30,130 bases of DNA from Thermoanaerobaculia bacterium (GTDB lineage Bacteria; Acidobacteriota; Thermoanaerobaculia; Multivoradales; UBA5704): NCBI GenBank assembly GCA_044226625.1, contig JBGAGQ010000073.1, positions 1-30,130 of the forward strand. The letters run 5' to 3'. The translations under genes were made by a program, and so were the position numbers. Below, one piece after another: positions 1 through 10,416 of the stretch; position 1 is the first letter of the stretch, and the number at the start of each line of letters is the position of its first letter. Below the pieces are notes generated by a model, which saw only the letters and a program-made list of their open reading frames with translations, was not told the DNA's origin and searched no databases.

Positions 1-62
1 AATACCGCGCGTTCCTGTTGGAATTCGGCGTGCCGTTCGATGAACGTTACGTTTGGGATTGA
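1..62 (+). CDS. tnpA: 3' end of IS200/IS605-family Y1 (HUH) transposase, REP-associated (RAYT-like) type; truncated by the window start
   Basis: The frame from nt 3 reads YRAFLLEFGVPFDERYVWD-TGA (60-62). This matches the characteristic ...EYRxFLxxxxVxFDERYVWD* C-terminus of IS200-like TnpA proteins. Hairpin repeats follow immediately. Not in the ORF track. Confidence 0.75.
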   Translation, partial: YRAFLLEFGVPFDERYVWD

Positions 63-77
63 GGGAAAGGAAAGAAA

Positions 78-168
78 ATGGAGCGGGCTTTCAGCCCTAG
101 AAATTTCCCTCCGCGGCTCGGTTCCTGGGGCGTTGCCCCAGGCTATTATGAATCGGGCCTTCGGCCCT
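78..168 (+). repeat. REP-like three-hairpin unit, copy 1
   Basis: GGGCT-TTC-AGCCC (85-97), CCTGGGGC-GTT-GCCCCAGG (124-142), CTATTATG, GGGCC-TTC-GGCCC (155-167). Confidence 0.85.
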
Positions 169-313
169 TATTTCTCGGCCATCCCGGAGCGTTGGTGCGC
201 GGTGGGCAACGGCCTGGTACGAAGTGCCCTGCGAATCCTGGACGTTTGTTTCTCGGCGGAAACACCACGACGGCATCGCCGTTCGAGCAACTTTTCTTTG
301 TGAGCCGCGAGAG

Positions 314-339
314 ATGAGGCGGGCTTTCAGCCCTTGAAA
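314..339 (+). repeat. REP-like unit copy 2, left part (interrupted by IS3)
   Basis: ATGAGGC-GGGCT-TTC-AGCCC-T; the hairpin (321-333) is identical to 85-97. The IS begins 6 nt after it. Confidence 0.8.
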
Positions 340-400
340 TGGAATTCCCCCGCTTTTGTGGACACCCCAGAAGGCGCGATGATGCGCCGGGAGGTGTCGA

Positions 401-697
401 ATGGCACGGAGGCAGCGGCGTCACTTTTCCCCTGATTTCAAAGCGGAGGCCGTCCGGTTGGTTGCGGCGGGCAATCGCTCGCTGAGCGCGATCGCTCGGG
501 ACCTGGACTTGGCCCCGAAGTCTCTTCGGCAGTGGAGGACCGAAGCTGAAAACGAGGCCCATCCCTCTCCGACCGGTCCTCTGACCAACGCGGAGCGCGA
601 GGAGCTCGTGCGACTTCGCCGGGAGAACCGACGGCTGGAGATGGAGAGAGAAATTTTAAAAAAAGCGGCGGCCTTCTTCGCGAGGGAGAACGAATGA
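401..697 (+). CDS. IS3 transposase OrfA (HTH)
   Basis: RRHFSPDFKAEAVRLV...IARDL...LRQW...LRRENRRLEMEREILKKAAAFF, typical of IS3 OrfA. GGAGG RBS upstream. Confidence 0.95.
   Translation: MARRQRRHFSPDFKAEAVRLVAAGNRSLSAIARDLDLAPKSLRQWRTEAENEAHPSPTGPLTNAEREELVRLRRENRRLEMEREILKKAAAFFARENE
656..665 (+). other. -1 programmed ribosomal frameshift site (A7G) producing OrfAB
   Basis: TTA AAA AAA G in the OrfA frame. orfB lies in the -1 frame and overlaps the orfA stop as ATGA (694-697). Confidence 0.8.
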
Positions 698-1566
698 GGT
701 ATGCGTTCATCGCGGCGGAGAAGGCCTTCTTTCCGCTCGTTCTTCTCTGCTCGGTGCTCCAGGTTTCCCGCAGCGGGTACTACGCGTGGCGGCATCGCAA
801 GGAGCCCCGGCGCCAAGCCCAGGATCGGCGCCTGGGTCTCGAGGTTGAAGCCATCTACTGCGGCTGCTTTCAGGGCTACGGCAGCCCGCGGATCCACCGC
901 GAGCTGGCCGCTCGCGGAGTCCACGTCGGCAAGAAGCGGGTCGAGCGGTTGATGCGGGAGCGAGGCCTTGCGGCCCGGCGTCCGAAGCGGTTTCGCCGAA
1001 CCACGGATTCCAACCACCAGCATCCGATTGCGAGCAATCTTCTCGAACGTAACTTCTCGGTTGCGGCTCCCAACCGAGCCTGGGTGGGTGACATCACCTA
1101 CCTCTGGACCGCGGAGGGCTGGCTCTATCTGGCGGTCTTGCTGGATCTGTTTTCTCGTCGAGTGGTGGGCTGGTCGCTGAGCCCACGCTTGGAGCTGGCG
1201 GTGGCGCTCGCGCCTTTGGATCACGCGATTGCCACGCGCCAGCCGGAAGCGGGCTTGATCGTGCACCACGATCGAGGCAGCCAGTACGCGTCGACGGTCT
1301 ACCAAAGCCGGCTAAGGAGCAGGGGCTATCGAGCGAGCATGAGCCGAAAAGGCGACTGCTGGGACAACGCAGCGGCCGAGAGCTTCTTTGCGACCTTGAA
1401 GAAGGAGCTGGTGCACCGAAGGCGGTGGGCGACGATGGCGCAGGCTCACCGTCAGATCGAGGATTACATCGAGAATTTCTACAACCGCCGCAGGCGCCAT
1501 TCCACGCTCGGCTACCTCAGCCCCGTGGAATTCGAGCTGCGCGCTCAGGCGAGACAGGTAGGATAA
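694..1566 (+). CDS. IS3 transposase OrfB (DDE/rve integrase domain)
   Basis: YGSPRI, WVGDITY, LYLAVLLDLFSRRVVGW, HHDRGSQY, GDCWDNAAAESFFATLKKE, YNRRRRHSTLGYLSP. Confidence 0.97.
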   Translation: MRYAFIAAEKAFFPLVLLCSVLQVSRSGYYAWRHRKEPRRQAQDRRLGLEVEAIYCGCFQGYGSPRIHRELAARGVHVGKKRVERLMRERGLAARRPKRFRRTTDSNHQHPIASNLLERNFSVAAPNRAWVGDITYLWTAEGWLYLAVLLDLFSRRVVGWSLSPRLELAVALAPLDHAIATRQPEAGLIVHHDRGSQYASTVYQSRLRSRGYRASMSRKGDCWDNAAAESFFATLKKELVHRRRWATMAQAHRQIEDYIENFYNRRRRHSTLGYLSPVEFELRAQARQVG

Positions 1567-1597
1567 CCAAACTGTCCACGAAATCGGGGGAGGACCA

Positions 1598-1660
1598 AGG
1601 TGCGGGGGTTGGGGACCTGGGGCTGCGCCCCAGGCTATTATGGGACGCGCCTTCGGCGCT
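1598..1660 (+). repeat. REP-like unit copy 2, right part
   Basis: CCTGGGGC-TGC-GCCCCAGG (1616-1634), CTATTATG, GCGCC-TTC-GGCGC (1647-1659). Collinear with 124-167. Confidence 0.85.
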
Positions 1661-1687
1661 GAAGATGTGTTGGAAAGCGAGACCTGT

Positions 1688-2062
1688 ATGGCGGCTCGAT
1701 CGTTCGTACCGTTGGCGACGGTAATCGCCATCGCACCGTTGTTGTGCTGTCTCGCTGGCTGCACGACGGACGTCCTCCCGCTGCGCGACGGCCTGACCGA
1801 GAGCGAGGTGCGAAACGTCGTCGGTGTGCCGCCGGAATCGGAGGCCGAAGCGCCGTTTCCTCGCGAGGTTCAGCCGACGTGCTCGGATCGAGCGAAAAAG
1901 GCGGTGGTGTTTCTCTTGCCGCGGCCTTGGACCCAGCGGGTTCTCGAGCGCTTCTCGCGGGACGGGACCGCTTTCGAGATGAGACGGCTCGTCTTCTTCG
2001 ATCGTCGGGGTCGGTTCGTCTGCGAGACGATGTCGTTTGGCTCGAGCGGAAAGCCACGATAG
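1688..2062 (+). CDS. Putative small lipoprotein (weak SmpA/OmlA-like motif)
   Basis: MAARSFVPLATVIAIAPLLCCLAG-C is a signal peptide with an LAGC lipobox. It is followed by GLTESEVRNVVGVP, resembling the GMTxxEVxxxLGxP motif. The ORF-track start at 1640 lies inside the REP and is less likely. Confidence 0.6.
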   Translation: MAARSFVPLATVIAIAPLLCCLAGCTTDVLPLRDGLTESEVRNVVGVPPESEAEAPFPREVQPTCSDRAKKAVVFLLPRPWTQRVLERFSRDGTAFEMRRLVFFDRRGRFVCETMSFGSSGKPR

Positions 2063-2092
2063 GGATCGCCCTACGGCGATCTCCCCAAAGCA

Positions 2093-2126
2093 AAACGGCG
2101 CCCGAGGTTGCCCCCGGGCGCCGTTT
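2093..2126. terminator. Bidirectional intrinsic terminator between convergent genes
   Basis: 12-bp perfect stem AAACGGCGCCCG / CGGGCGCCGTTT with A-rich 5' and T-rich 3' flanks. Confidence 0.8.
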
Positions 2127-2151
2127 CGTTTGAAGCGAGGAACGATTCGTC

Positions 2152-4575
<2,424 letters not shown>

Positions 4576-4999
4576 GAAATTCTCCCTCACCCGGGGTTGG
4601 TACGGCCCGAGTCGGTCGTTGATTGCCTGGGGTGGATCGCCGGGCTCTCGGTCGCACGCTACCCCGCGGATCTCCCGCGGCTTGCGGCCTCCGCAAGGCG
4701 ATCGGGATTCCGAGGACAGGGCGATGCCCGACGTGTTGCGCGGATTCTAGGGTTTAGACCCTTTCCCACGCAAGGAACCCGCCCGGCGGGCGGCGCCCGG
4801 ATGCACGGCAAAGACCGGGAGCGGAGGCGCATTCCGCCGGTCCGCGGGGTCCGCGGAACGGGTCGAGCCGGACCCTCCCGGCGGGCGGGGCGCCGTTTTG
4901 GTGCCGTGGTAAATAAAGCAGGTGCGATATGATTCTTTCGTGATTCCGTTGGCCCAACCTCCGGTCGCAAGCTTCTTCGACGGAAAGGGCCCGGGGCGG

Positions 5000-6400
5000 A
5001 TGGAGATGGGCTCCAAGCTGCTCTTGGGCCTGGTCGCCGCCTCGGCGCTGGTCGCGATGCTGCTGCTCGCGCTGGCGGTGAGCGAGCTCAACGTGTCGCT
5101 CGAATCGGGCCGGCGTTCGGAGGATCTGCGGCTGGTCGGCCGGTTCCTGATCGGCGCGCTGGTCACCATCGCGATCGGCGTGGCCGCGACGCTCGTCGCG
5201 GTGCGTTGGTTCACCTCCGCGACCCGAGGTCTCAACGCGGCGCGCGACGAAATCGCGAGCGTCACCGATCGGCTGCGCCAGGAAGAGGCGATGGAACGCT
5301 CGCTCGAGGAGCGTCTGGTCGAAGCGGGCCGGCATTGGGCGGTGACCTTCGACGCGATCGACGCGGTGATCGCGGTGGTCGACCAGAACGGGCGCCTGTT
5401 GCGCGCCAACCGCTTCGCCGCGGAGCTGCTCGGCGAACGCTCGCAGGATCTGGTGGGCAAGCCGCTCTCGACCTGGGCGCGCGTCGATCCTTGGCGGCGG
5501 ATGTGCGAGCTGATCGAGCCCGGGATCGGAACCGGTCCAACGCCGCTCGCCGCGTCGGCGCCTTCGGAGCACCTCTGGGCGAGCGACCAGGGGCGGTATT
5601 GGGTGATCAGCGCGAGCCATCATCCGGAGATCGGCGGCACGGTGTTCCTGGCCCGCGACGGGACGGACATGATCGAGATGCGGGCGCAGCTCGAGCGGCG
5701 CCGGCGCGACGACGAGATGGGCGCGTTCGTCGCGGGGGTCGCGCACGAGGTGAGGAACCCGCTGTTCTCGATCACCGCGAACCTCCAGGCGCTCCAGGAG
5801 GAGAGGGACAAGGCGTCGGTCTTCGACGAGTACTTCGGCTGGATCCAGAGCTCGGCGACCCGGCTCCAGGTCTTGATGCAGGACCTGCTCGATTACGCCC
5901 GGCCGCCGTCGGTGCAGCTTCGGGAGTGCGCGCTGCCGGAGGTGATCCAGTTGGCGCTCGCCGGCTACGTCGAATCCGCCCGGCGCGCGGGCATCGAGGT
6001 CCGGGTCGACGTCTCGCCCGGGCTGCCGAAGGCGTGGATGGATCCGCAGCAGATCGAGCAGGTGTTCCTGAACCTGGTCCAGAACGCGGTGGCTCTGTCG
6101 CCCCCCGGCGGCAAGGTGCGGGTCACGATCGCGCACGAGCCGGCGACGGGGCTGCTCGGATCGGTCGAGGACGACGGTCCCGGGTTTTCTCCCGAGGAGA
6201 TCGAGCGCGGCTTCGAGCCGTTCTTCACCCGGAGGAAAGGGGGGACGGGGCTCGGTCTCGCCGTGGTGCGGCGCATCATGGACAGCCACGGCGGCTCGGT
6301 CGACCTCGGGAATCGGGAAGGAGGCGGGGCGCGGGTCCGACTGACTTTCCCGTTGCGGGGCGCCTCGTCGACGGGCGGCCCGGCGCGGCCGACGGAATGA
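5000..6400 (+). CDS. Membrane sensor histidine kinase (2 TM, PAS, HisKA, HATPase; NtrB-like)
   Basis: H-box VAHEVRNPL, N-box QVFLNLVQNA, EDDGPG, FEPFFTRR, GTGLGL. PAS region TFDAIDAVIAVVDQNGRLLRAN. Start ATG 5000 or 5006 is uncertain. Confidence 0.92.
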   Translation: MEMGSKLLLGLVAASALVAMLLLALAVSELNVSLESGRRSEDLRLVGRFLIGALVTIAIGVAATLVAVRWFTSATRGLNAARDEIASVTDRLRQEEAMERSLEERLVEAGRHWAVTFDAIDAVIAVVDQNGRLLRANRFAAELLGERSQDLVGKPLSTWARVDPWRRMCELIEPGIGTGPTPLAASAPSEHLWASDQGRYWVISASHHPEIGGTVFLARDGTDMIEMRAQLERRRRDDEMGAFVAGVAHEVRNPLFSITANLQALQEERDKASVFDEYFGWIQSSATRLQVLMQDLLDYARPPSVQLRECALPEVIQLALAGYVESARRAGIEVRVDVSPGLPKAWMDPQQIEQVFLNLVQNAVALSPPGGKVRVTIAHEPATGLLGSVEDDGPGFSPEEIERGFEPFFTRRKGGTGLGLAVVRRIMDSHGGSVDLGNREGGGARVRLTFPLRGASSTGGPARPTE

Positions 6401-7776
6401 CGCCGGCCGACCCGGGCACCCCGCTCGGGGCCAAGCTGCTGCTGCTCGAGGACGATCCGTCGATCCGTTTTCCGATCGCCCGCCATTTCCGCGAGCGGGG
6501 GATCACGGTGGTCGAGGCGTCCAACTGCCGGGAGGCGCGCGACGCCGTCGAGGCGCTCACGCCCGAGGTGGCGGTGATCGACCTTGCGCTGCCGGACGGC
6601 GACGGCCTCGACCTGCTGCCGGAGCTCTGCGGCCGCGACGTTCCGATTCCGACCATCGTCCTCACCGCCTACGCGACGATCGAACGGGCGGTCCGCGCGA
6701 TTCAGCTGGGCGCGGACCATTTCCTCACCAAGCCGGTGGAGCTCCAGGCGCTGTTCCAGGTCGTCGAACGGCTGGTGAGCGGCGCCCTGGACCGGCGCAT
6801 CCACCGCGCGGTCCGGCGCAGCGCGCGCGAGGCGCCGCTCGATCCGTTCGAGGGGGAGAGCCCGGCGATGCGGGCGCTCGCGATCCAGGCGGCCCGGGTG
6901 GCCGAGGCCGACCACCCGGTGTTGATCCGCGGCGAGACGGGAACCGGCAAAGGGGTCCTCGCCCGCTGGCTCCACGCGGAAGGGCCGCGTGGCCGGGAGG
7001 CCTTCATCGACCTCAACTGCGCGGGTCTCTCCCGGGAGCTGTTCGAATCCGAGCTGTTCGGCCACGCGCGCGGCGCGTTCACCGGCGCGGTCGACGCGAA
7101 GCCCGGGCTGTTCGAGGTGGCGCACCGGGGGACGCTGTTCCTCGACGAGATCGGCGATCTCGCGCTCGAGGTCCAGCCCAAGCTGCTCAAGCTGCTCGAG
7201 GACAAGCAGTTCCGCCGGCTCGGCGAGGTGCGCGAGCGACGCTCGGACGTGCGGCTGATCGCGGCGACCCATCGCGATCTCGAGGGCGCGGTCGGGGAGC
7301 AGCGTTTCCGGCCCGATCTCTTCTATCGGATCGGCACGATCGAGCTGGTGGTGCCGCCGCTGCGCGAACGGGGAAGCGACGTGGTCGCCCTCGCGCGGCG
7401 CCTGCTGCTCGCGAGCGCGAGCGAGCTGGGCCGGCCGGCGCTCGCGCTCGAGCCCGAGGCGGAGGCGGCGATCCGCGCCCATCTTTGGCCCGGCAACATT
7501 CGCGAGCTGCGCAACGTGATCGAGCGCGCCGCCCTGTTCGCGACCGGTCCGAAGGTGACGGCCGACCAGCTCGCGATCGGCGCTCCGGCGAGCCGGCCGA
7601 GCCCGCCGAGCGGCGCGGGGCCGTCGCCCGAACGGACCCTCGACGAAGCGATGCGCGACCACATCGAGCACGTCGTGGGGCACGTCGGCGGCGACGTCCT
7701 CGCCGCGTCGAAAACCCTCGGCGTATCGCGCGCGACGCTCTACCGCTACCTGTCGCGCTATCGGATCCGGACCTGA
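6397..7776 (+). CDS. Sigma54-dependent response regulator (NtrC-family bEBP: REC-AAA+-Fis HTH)
   Basis: REC (LEDD, IDLALPDGDG, TKP), Walker A GETGTGKG, ESELFGHARGAFTGA, Walker B LFLDEI, WPGNIRELRN, HTH LGVSRATLYRYL. ATG overlaps the kinase stop (ATGA). Confidence 0.96.
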   Translation: MTPADPGTPLGAKLLLLEDDPSIRFPIARHFRERGITVVEASNCREARDAVEALTPEVAVIDLALPDGDGLDLLPELCGRDVPIPTIVLTAYATIERAVRAIQLGADHFLTKPVELQALFQVVERLVSGALDRRIHRAVRRSAREAPLDPFEGESPAMRALAIQAARVAEADHPVLIRGETGTGKGVLARWLHAEGPRGREAFIDLNCAGLSRELFESELFGHARGAFTGAVDAKPGLFEVAHRGTLFLDEIGDLALEVQPKLLKLLEDKQFRRLGEVRERRSDVRLIAATHRDLEGAVGEQRFRPDLFYRIGTIELVVPPLRERGSDVVALARRLLLASASELGRPALALEPEAEAAIRAHLWPGNIRELRNVIERAALFATGPKVTADQLAIGAPASRPSPPSGAGPSPERTLDEAMRDHIEHVVGHVGGDVLAASKTLGVSRATLYRYLSRYRIRT

Positions 7777-7779
7777 TCA

Positions 7780-7815
7780 TCTCACGCCTGCGACGGCCCC
7801 GTCGCAGGAGCGAGA
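7780..7815. promoter_or_regulatory. Candidate tandem enhancer (UAS) for the bEBP
   Basis: TCTCA-N4-TGCGA (7780-7793) and TCGCA-N4-CGAGA (7802-7815), centres 22 bp apart, about 80-110 bp upstream of a -24/-12 element. Confidence 0.55.
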
Positions 7816-7888
7816 AACCGGCGCCGGACCGCGCGTTCTCGCGAGCCCCAAGTCCCGTCGATCGTGGGCGTTCGAGGGCGGCAAGGCG

Positions 7889-7905
7889 TTGGTGCGGCCC
7901 TTGCT
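7889..7905 (+). promoter_or_regulatory. Sigma54 -24/-12 promoter candidate
   Basis: TTGGTGCGGCCCTTGCT: GG(7891-92)-N10-GC(7903-04) in a TTGCT -12 context. Confidence 0.65.
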
Positions 7906-7920
7906 CCACTCGGGTGCGTC

Positions 7921-8298
7921 ATGCGAGCGCGGGTGCTGTTGATGGAGGACGAGACCTCGGTGGCGTTTCCGATGAGGCGCTTCCTCGCGCATCACGAGCT
8001 CGAGGTCGACTGGGCGCGCGAGCTCGAGGAGGCGCAGACGCTGCTCCGCGAGCATCCATATCCCGTGGTAATCGCCGACCTGCGGCTCGGCGGCTCGCAT
8101 CACGCCGAAGGGCTCGAGCTGCTCGCCTTCGTCCATGGGCATCGGCCGGAGACGAAGGTGATCCTGCTCACGGCCTATTTCACCCCCGAGGTCGAGAAGG
8201 AGGCGCTACGCCGGGGAGCCGTGGCGGTCCTGCGCAAGCCGCAATCGCTCGGCGAAATCGCGCGGCTCGTCTTCGAGGCGTTGGGAGAACCCGAATGA
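7921..8298 (+). CDS. Single-domain response regulator (REC)
   Basis: VLLMEDE, VIADLRL (phospho-Asp), LLTAY, LRKP. Confidence 0.9.
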   Translation: MRARVLLMEDETSVAFPMRRFLAHHELEVDWARELEEAQTLLREHPYPVVIADLRLGGSHHAEGLELLAFVHGHRPETKVILLTAYFTPEVEKEALRRGAVAVLRKPQSLGEIARLVFEALGEPE

Positions 8299-8465
8299 GC
8301 GGCGAAAGCTGCCGGGGAAGGGATCGCGCTCGGCGCGGCTCTCACCTCGCGCGCGGATCGGCTCGAGCGCGAACTATCGGCGAACGAAGGGGCGGCGAAC
8401 GAAGGGGCGGCGAACGAAGGGGCGGCGGACGAAGGGGCGGCGAACGAAGGAGCGGCGGGCGTTGA
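8295..8465 (+). CDS. Possible 56-aa Arg/Gly-rich peptide with GERRG repeats
   Basis: Its ATG overlaps the upstream stop (ATGA 8295-8298) and its TGA overlaps the downstream TTG start (TTGA 8462-8465). Codon usage is atypical. Confidence 0.3.
   Translation: MSGESCRGRDRARRGSHLARGSARARTIGERRGGERRGGERRGGGRRGGERRSGGR
8378..8457 (+). repeat. 15-bp tandem repeat, 5 copies (CGGCGAACGAAGGGG)
   Basis: Units start at 8378, 8393, 8408, 8423 (1 mismatch) and 8438 (ends AAGGAG), plus a partial CGGCG. Confidence 0.95.
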
Positions 8466-9550
8466 CGGTCGAGGAGATCCCCGGCGAGCTGTTCTCCCGG
8501 TTTCCGCTCGGGATCGTCCTGGTCGACGAGGCCGGGACGGTGACGCGGATCAGCCGAGAGGCGAGCGAAGCGCTCGGTCACGCGCCGGGCTCGCTGGTGG
8601 GGACTTGCGTCGACGACCTGGTCGGCCGGCATCACGGGCTGGTCGAAAGCCTGAAGCGTCTTGCGCCCGGTACCGAGCGCCGGACCTCCTTCCGAGTGCG
8701 TCAGGCCAGCGGCTCGGAGCGGGAGCTGGGGCTCACCCTGGTCGCCTTCGAGACCGGCGCCCCGCCGTTCGCCTATGCGCTGATCGTGGGCGACCTCGGG
8801 CGCCTGCGTGAGGTCGAGCTCGACGTCCGGCGGTTCGAGCTCCTGGGTAGCTCGCTGCGGATCACCAGCGGCCTCGCCCACGTGCTGAGGAACCCGCTCG
8901 CGGCGATCCTCGGCTTCGCCGAGCTGCTCTCGTTCGAGCTGCCTCGCGATTCGGTGCACTGCGAGGACGCCGAGCGCATCCTCGCCATGGTCGGGCGCAT
9001 CGACGGGTTGATCAGCTCGTGCATGCGGCTTTCGCCGAGCGGCGCGCGGCGGATCGAGGTCGATCCGCTCATCGTGGTCGGCGCCGCGAGCGCGGCGCTC
9101 GCGGCGCGGTTTCCCGGCCTTCCGGCTCCCGGCCTGGCGATCGACGAGCCGCCGCCGCCGCTTTTCGTCGATCGCGAGCAGGCGGTCGAGGCGCTCTCGG
9201 CCCTGTTCGAAAACGCGGTCGAGGCGGCGGGCGGCGACGGAGCCCGGTTCGAGGTCGCCATCTCGGTCGAGCGGGGCGCGAGCGGACCGCCGTACGTGCG
9301 CCTGGCCGTGCGCGACGCGGGACCGGGGTGGGACGGGCTCGATCCGGCCCGCCTGTTCGATCCGTTCTTCACCACCAAGCCCGGGCACGTCGGGCTCGGC
9401 CTGGCCGTGGCTCAGGCGCTCGCGGTCGAGAACCGGGGGTTCATCGAGGCCGCGGGCCGCCCCGGAACCACGACGTTCTCTCTCGTGCTGCCCGCCGCCG
9501 GGCCGGGAAGGACGAAAGCTCCCGGAGCGGCGGAGAGCGCGTCGCCATGA
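8462..9550 (+). CDS. Cytoplasmic PAS histidine kinase (NtrB-like)
   Basis: N-terminal PAS (FPLGIVLVDEAGTV), H-box LAHVLRNPL, LFENAVEA, RDAGPG, FDPFFTTK, GLGL. TTG start 9 nt after AAGGAG. Confidence 0.88.
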   Translation: MTVEEIPGELFSRFPLGIVLVDEAGTVTRISREASEALGHAPGSLVGTCVDDLVGRHHGLVESLKRLAPGTERRTSFRVRQASGSERELGLTLVAFETGAPPFAYALIVGDLGRLREVELDVRRFELLGSSLRITSGLAHVLRNPLAAILGFAELLSFELPRDSVHCEDAERILAMVGRIDGLISSCMRLSPSGARRIEVDPLIVVGAASAALAARFPGLPAPGLAIDEPPPPLFVDREQAVEALSALFENAVEAAGGDGARFEVAISVERGASGPPYVRLAVRDAGPGWDGLDPARLFDPFFTTKPGHVGLGLAVAQALAVENRGFIEAAGRPGTTTFSLVLPAAGPGRTKAPGAAESASP

Positions 9551-10359
9551 AAGGCCCGCTCCTCCTCGTCGACGACGGGCAGGCGGAGATCGCCGATCTG
9601 GTGCAGATGTACGCCCTGAGCCTCACGAGCGGCCGGCTGGAGGTCCGTGAGGGAGATTGCCGCGGAGAGATCTGGTTCGAGCGGGGGCGGATCGTCCACG
9701 CGCAGGCGGGAGATCTCGAAGGGGACGAGGCGTTCTATCTCCTGATGACCTGGAGCGCCGGTGAGGTGGCGCTCAGCCGGGACTCCGCCCGGGCACCCCG
9801 AGCGACGATCGGGACCAGCTGGCAGCATCTCCTGCTCGAGGGGGCGCGGCGGATGGACGAAGGAGGACGCGAAAGTTACGATTTGGGGGAGGATCCCGAG
9901 GAGCCCGACGATCTTTCGCTCCGGTTCGGCCGGACCGGAGCGCTCGAGCCGGCGGGCGACGCGGCGGCCTTCGATACCCTCGAAACGGGAAACGGCATGG
10001 CAAACATCGAAGAAGGACTCCAGCGGCTGGCCGAGCTGGACGGCTTCGTCGGCGCCTGCTTGGTCGACAGCCACAGCGGTACCCTGGTGGGCTCACAAGG
10101 AGGGGGAAGCTTGAGCCTGGAGGCGGCGGCCGTCGGAAATTCCAAGGTCATCCGGGCCAAGCGGCAGACGATCTCGACGCTTCACCTCAAGGATTCGATC
10201 GAGGACATCTTGATCACCCTGGGCCGGCAGTACCACCTGATCCGGCCGATCGCGACGAACGAGGAGCTCTTCCTCTATCTCGTGCTCGACAAGACGCGCG
10301 CCAACCTCGCCCTCGCGCGTCACAAGCTGGCGGACACCGAGCGGGGCTTCGCGAGGTGA
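9547..10359 (+). CDS. DUF4388 (PATAN/PatA_N-like) domain fused to a roadblock/LC7-like domain
   Basis: IADLVQM..SGRLEV..GEIWFERGRIVHAQ..GDEAFYLLMTW..LLLEGARRMDE (DUF4388 pattern). The C-terminal 120 aa from Met 9997 are paralogous to 10591-10953. ATG overlaps the upstream stop. Confidence 0.85.
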   Translation: MKGPLLLVDDGQAEIADLVQMYALSLTSGRLEVREGDCRGEIWFERGRIVHAQAGDLEGDEAFYLLMTWSAGEVALSRDSARAPRATIGTSWQHLLLEGARRMDEGGRESYDLGEDPEEPDDLSLRFGRTGALEPAGDAAAFDTLETGNGMANIEEGLQRLAELDGFVGACLVDSHSGTLVGSQGGGSLSLEAAAVGNSKVIRAKRQTISTLHLKDSIEDILITLGRQYHLIRPIATNEELFLYLVLDKTRANLALARHKLADTERGFAR

Positions 10360-10398
10360 GACAAAGGGGGCCGGGAACGACCCCCGTCCGTCGTCGAG

Positions 10399-10416
10399 TG
10401 GGCACGAATCGTGCTA
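10399..10416 (+). promoter_or_regulatory. Sigma54 -24/-12 promoter candidate
   Basis: TGGGCACGAATCGTGCTA: GG(10401-02)-CACG-N6-GC(10413-14), exact N10 spacing and consensus GGCACG. Confidence 0.65.

Larger units (their letters stand above)
340..1597 (+). mobile_element. IS3-family insertion sequence, 1258 bp
   Basis: 5'-TG...CA-3' ends. IRL TGGAATTCCCCCGCTTTTGTGGACA vs reverse complement of IRR TGGTCCTCCCCCGATTTCGTGGACA (20/25 identical). Contains orfA and orfB. Confidence 0.95.

Noticed and set aside
40-317. ORFs 40-303 and 78-317
   Set aside because: They run through REP hairpins, lack codon bias and motifs, and 40-303 overlaps the transposase 3' end.
78-339. Hairpin repeats as a CRISPR array or tRNA
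   Set aside because: Irregular spacing, alternating hairpin types and no cloverleaf. Better explained as transposase-associated REP-like units.
5206-6396. N-terminal extensions in the ORF track (5206, 9019, 13660, 18134, 21835, 23796 starts)
   Set aside because: They overlap upstream genes in another frame. The true starts coincide with stop/start overlaps or RBSs at 6397, 9547, 14662, 19013, 22141 and 25323.
8378-8457. Tandem repeat as a CRISPR array
   Set aside because: Head-to-tail 15-mers with no spacers, and no cas genes in the window.
8296-8460. Stop-codon readthrough or selenocysteine extension of the response regulator (frame continues AAKAAGEG...ANEGA repeats)
   Set aside because: The REC domain is already complete, the frame does not join the downstream kinase frame, and no SECIS-like support is visible.
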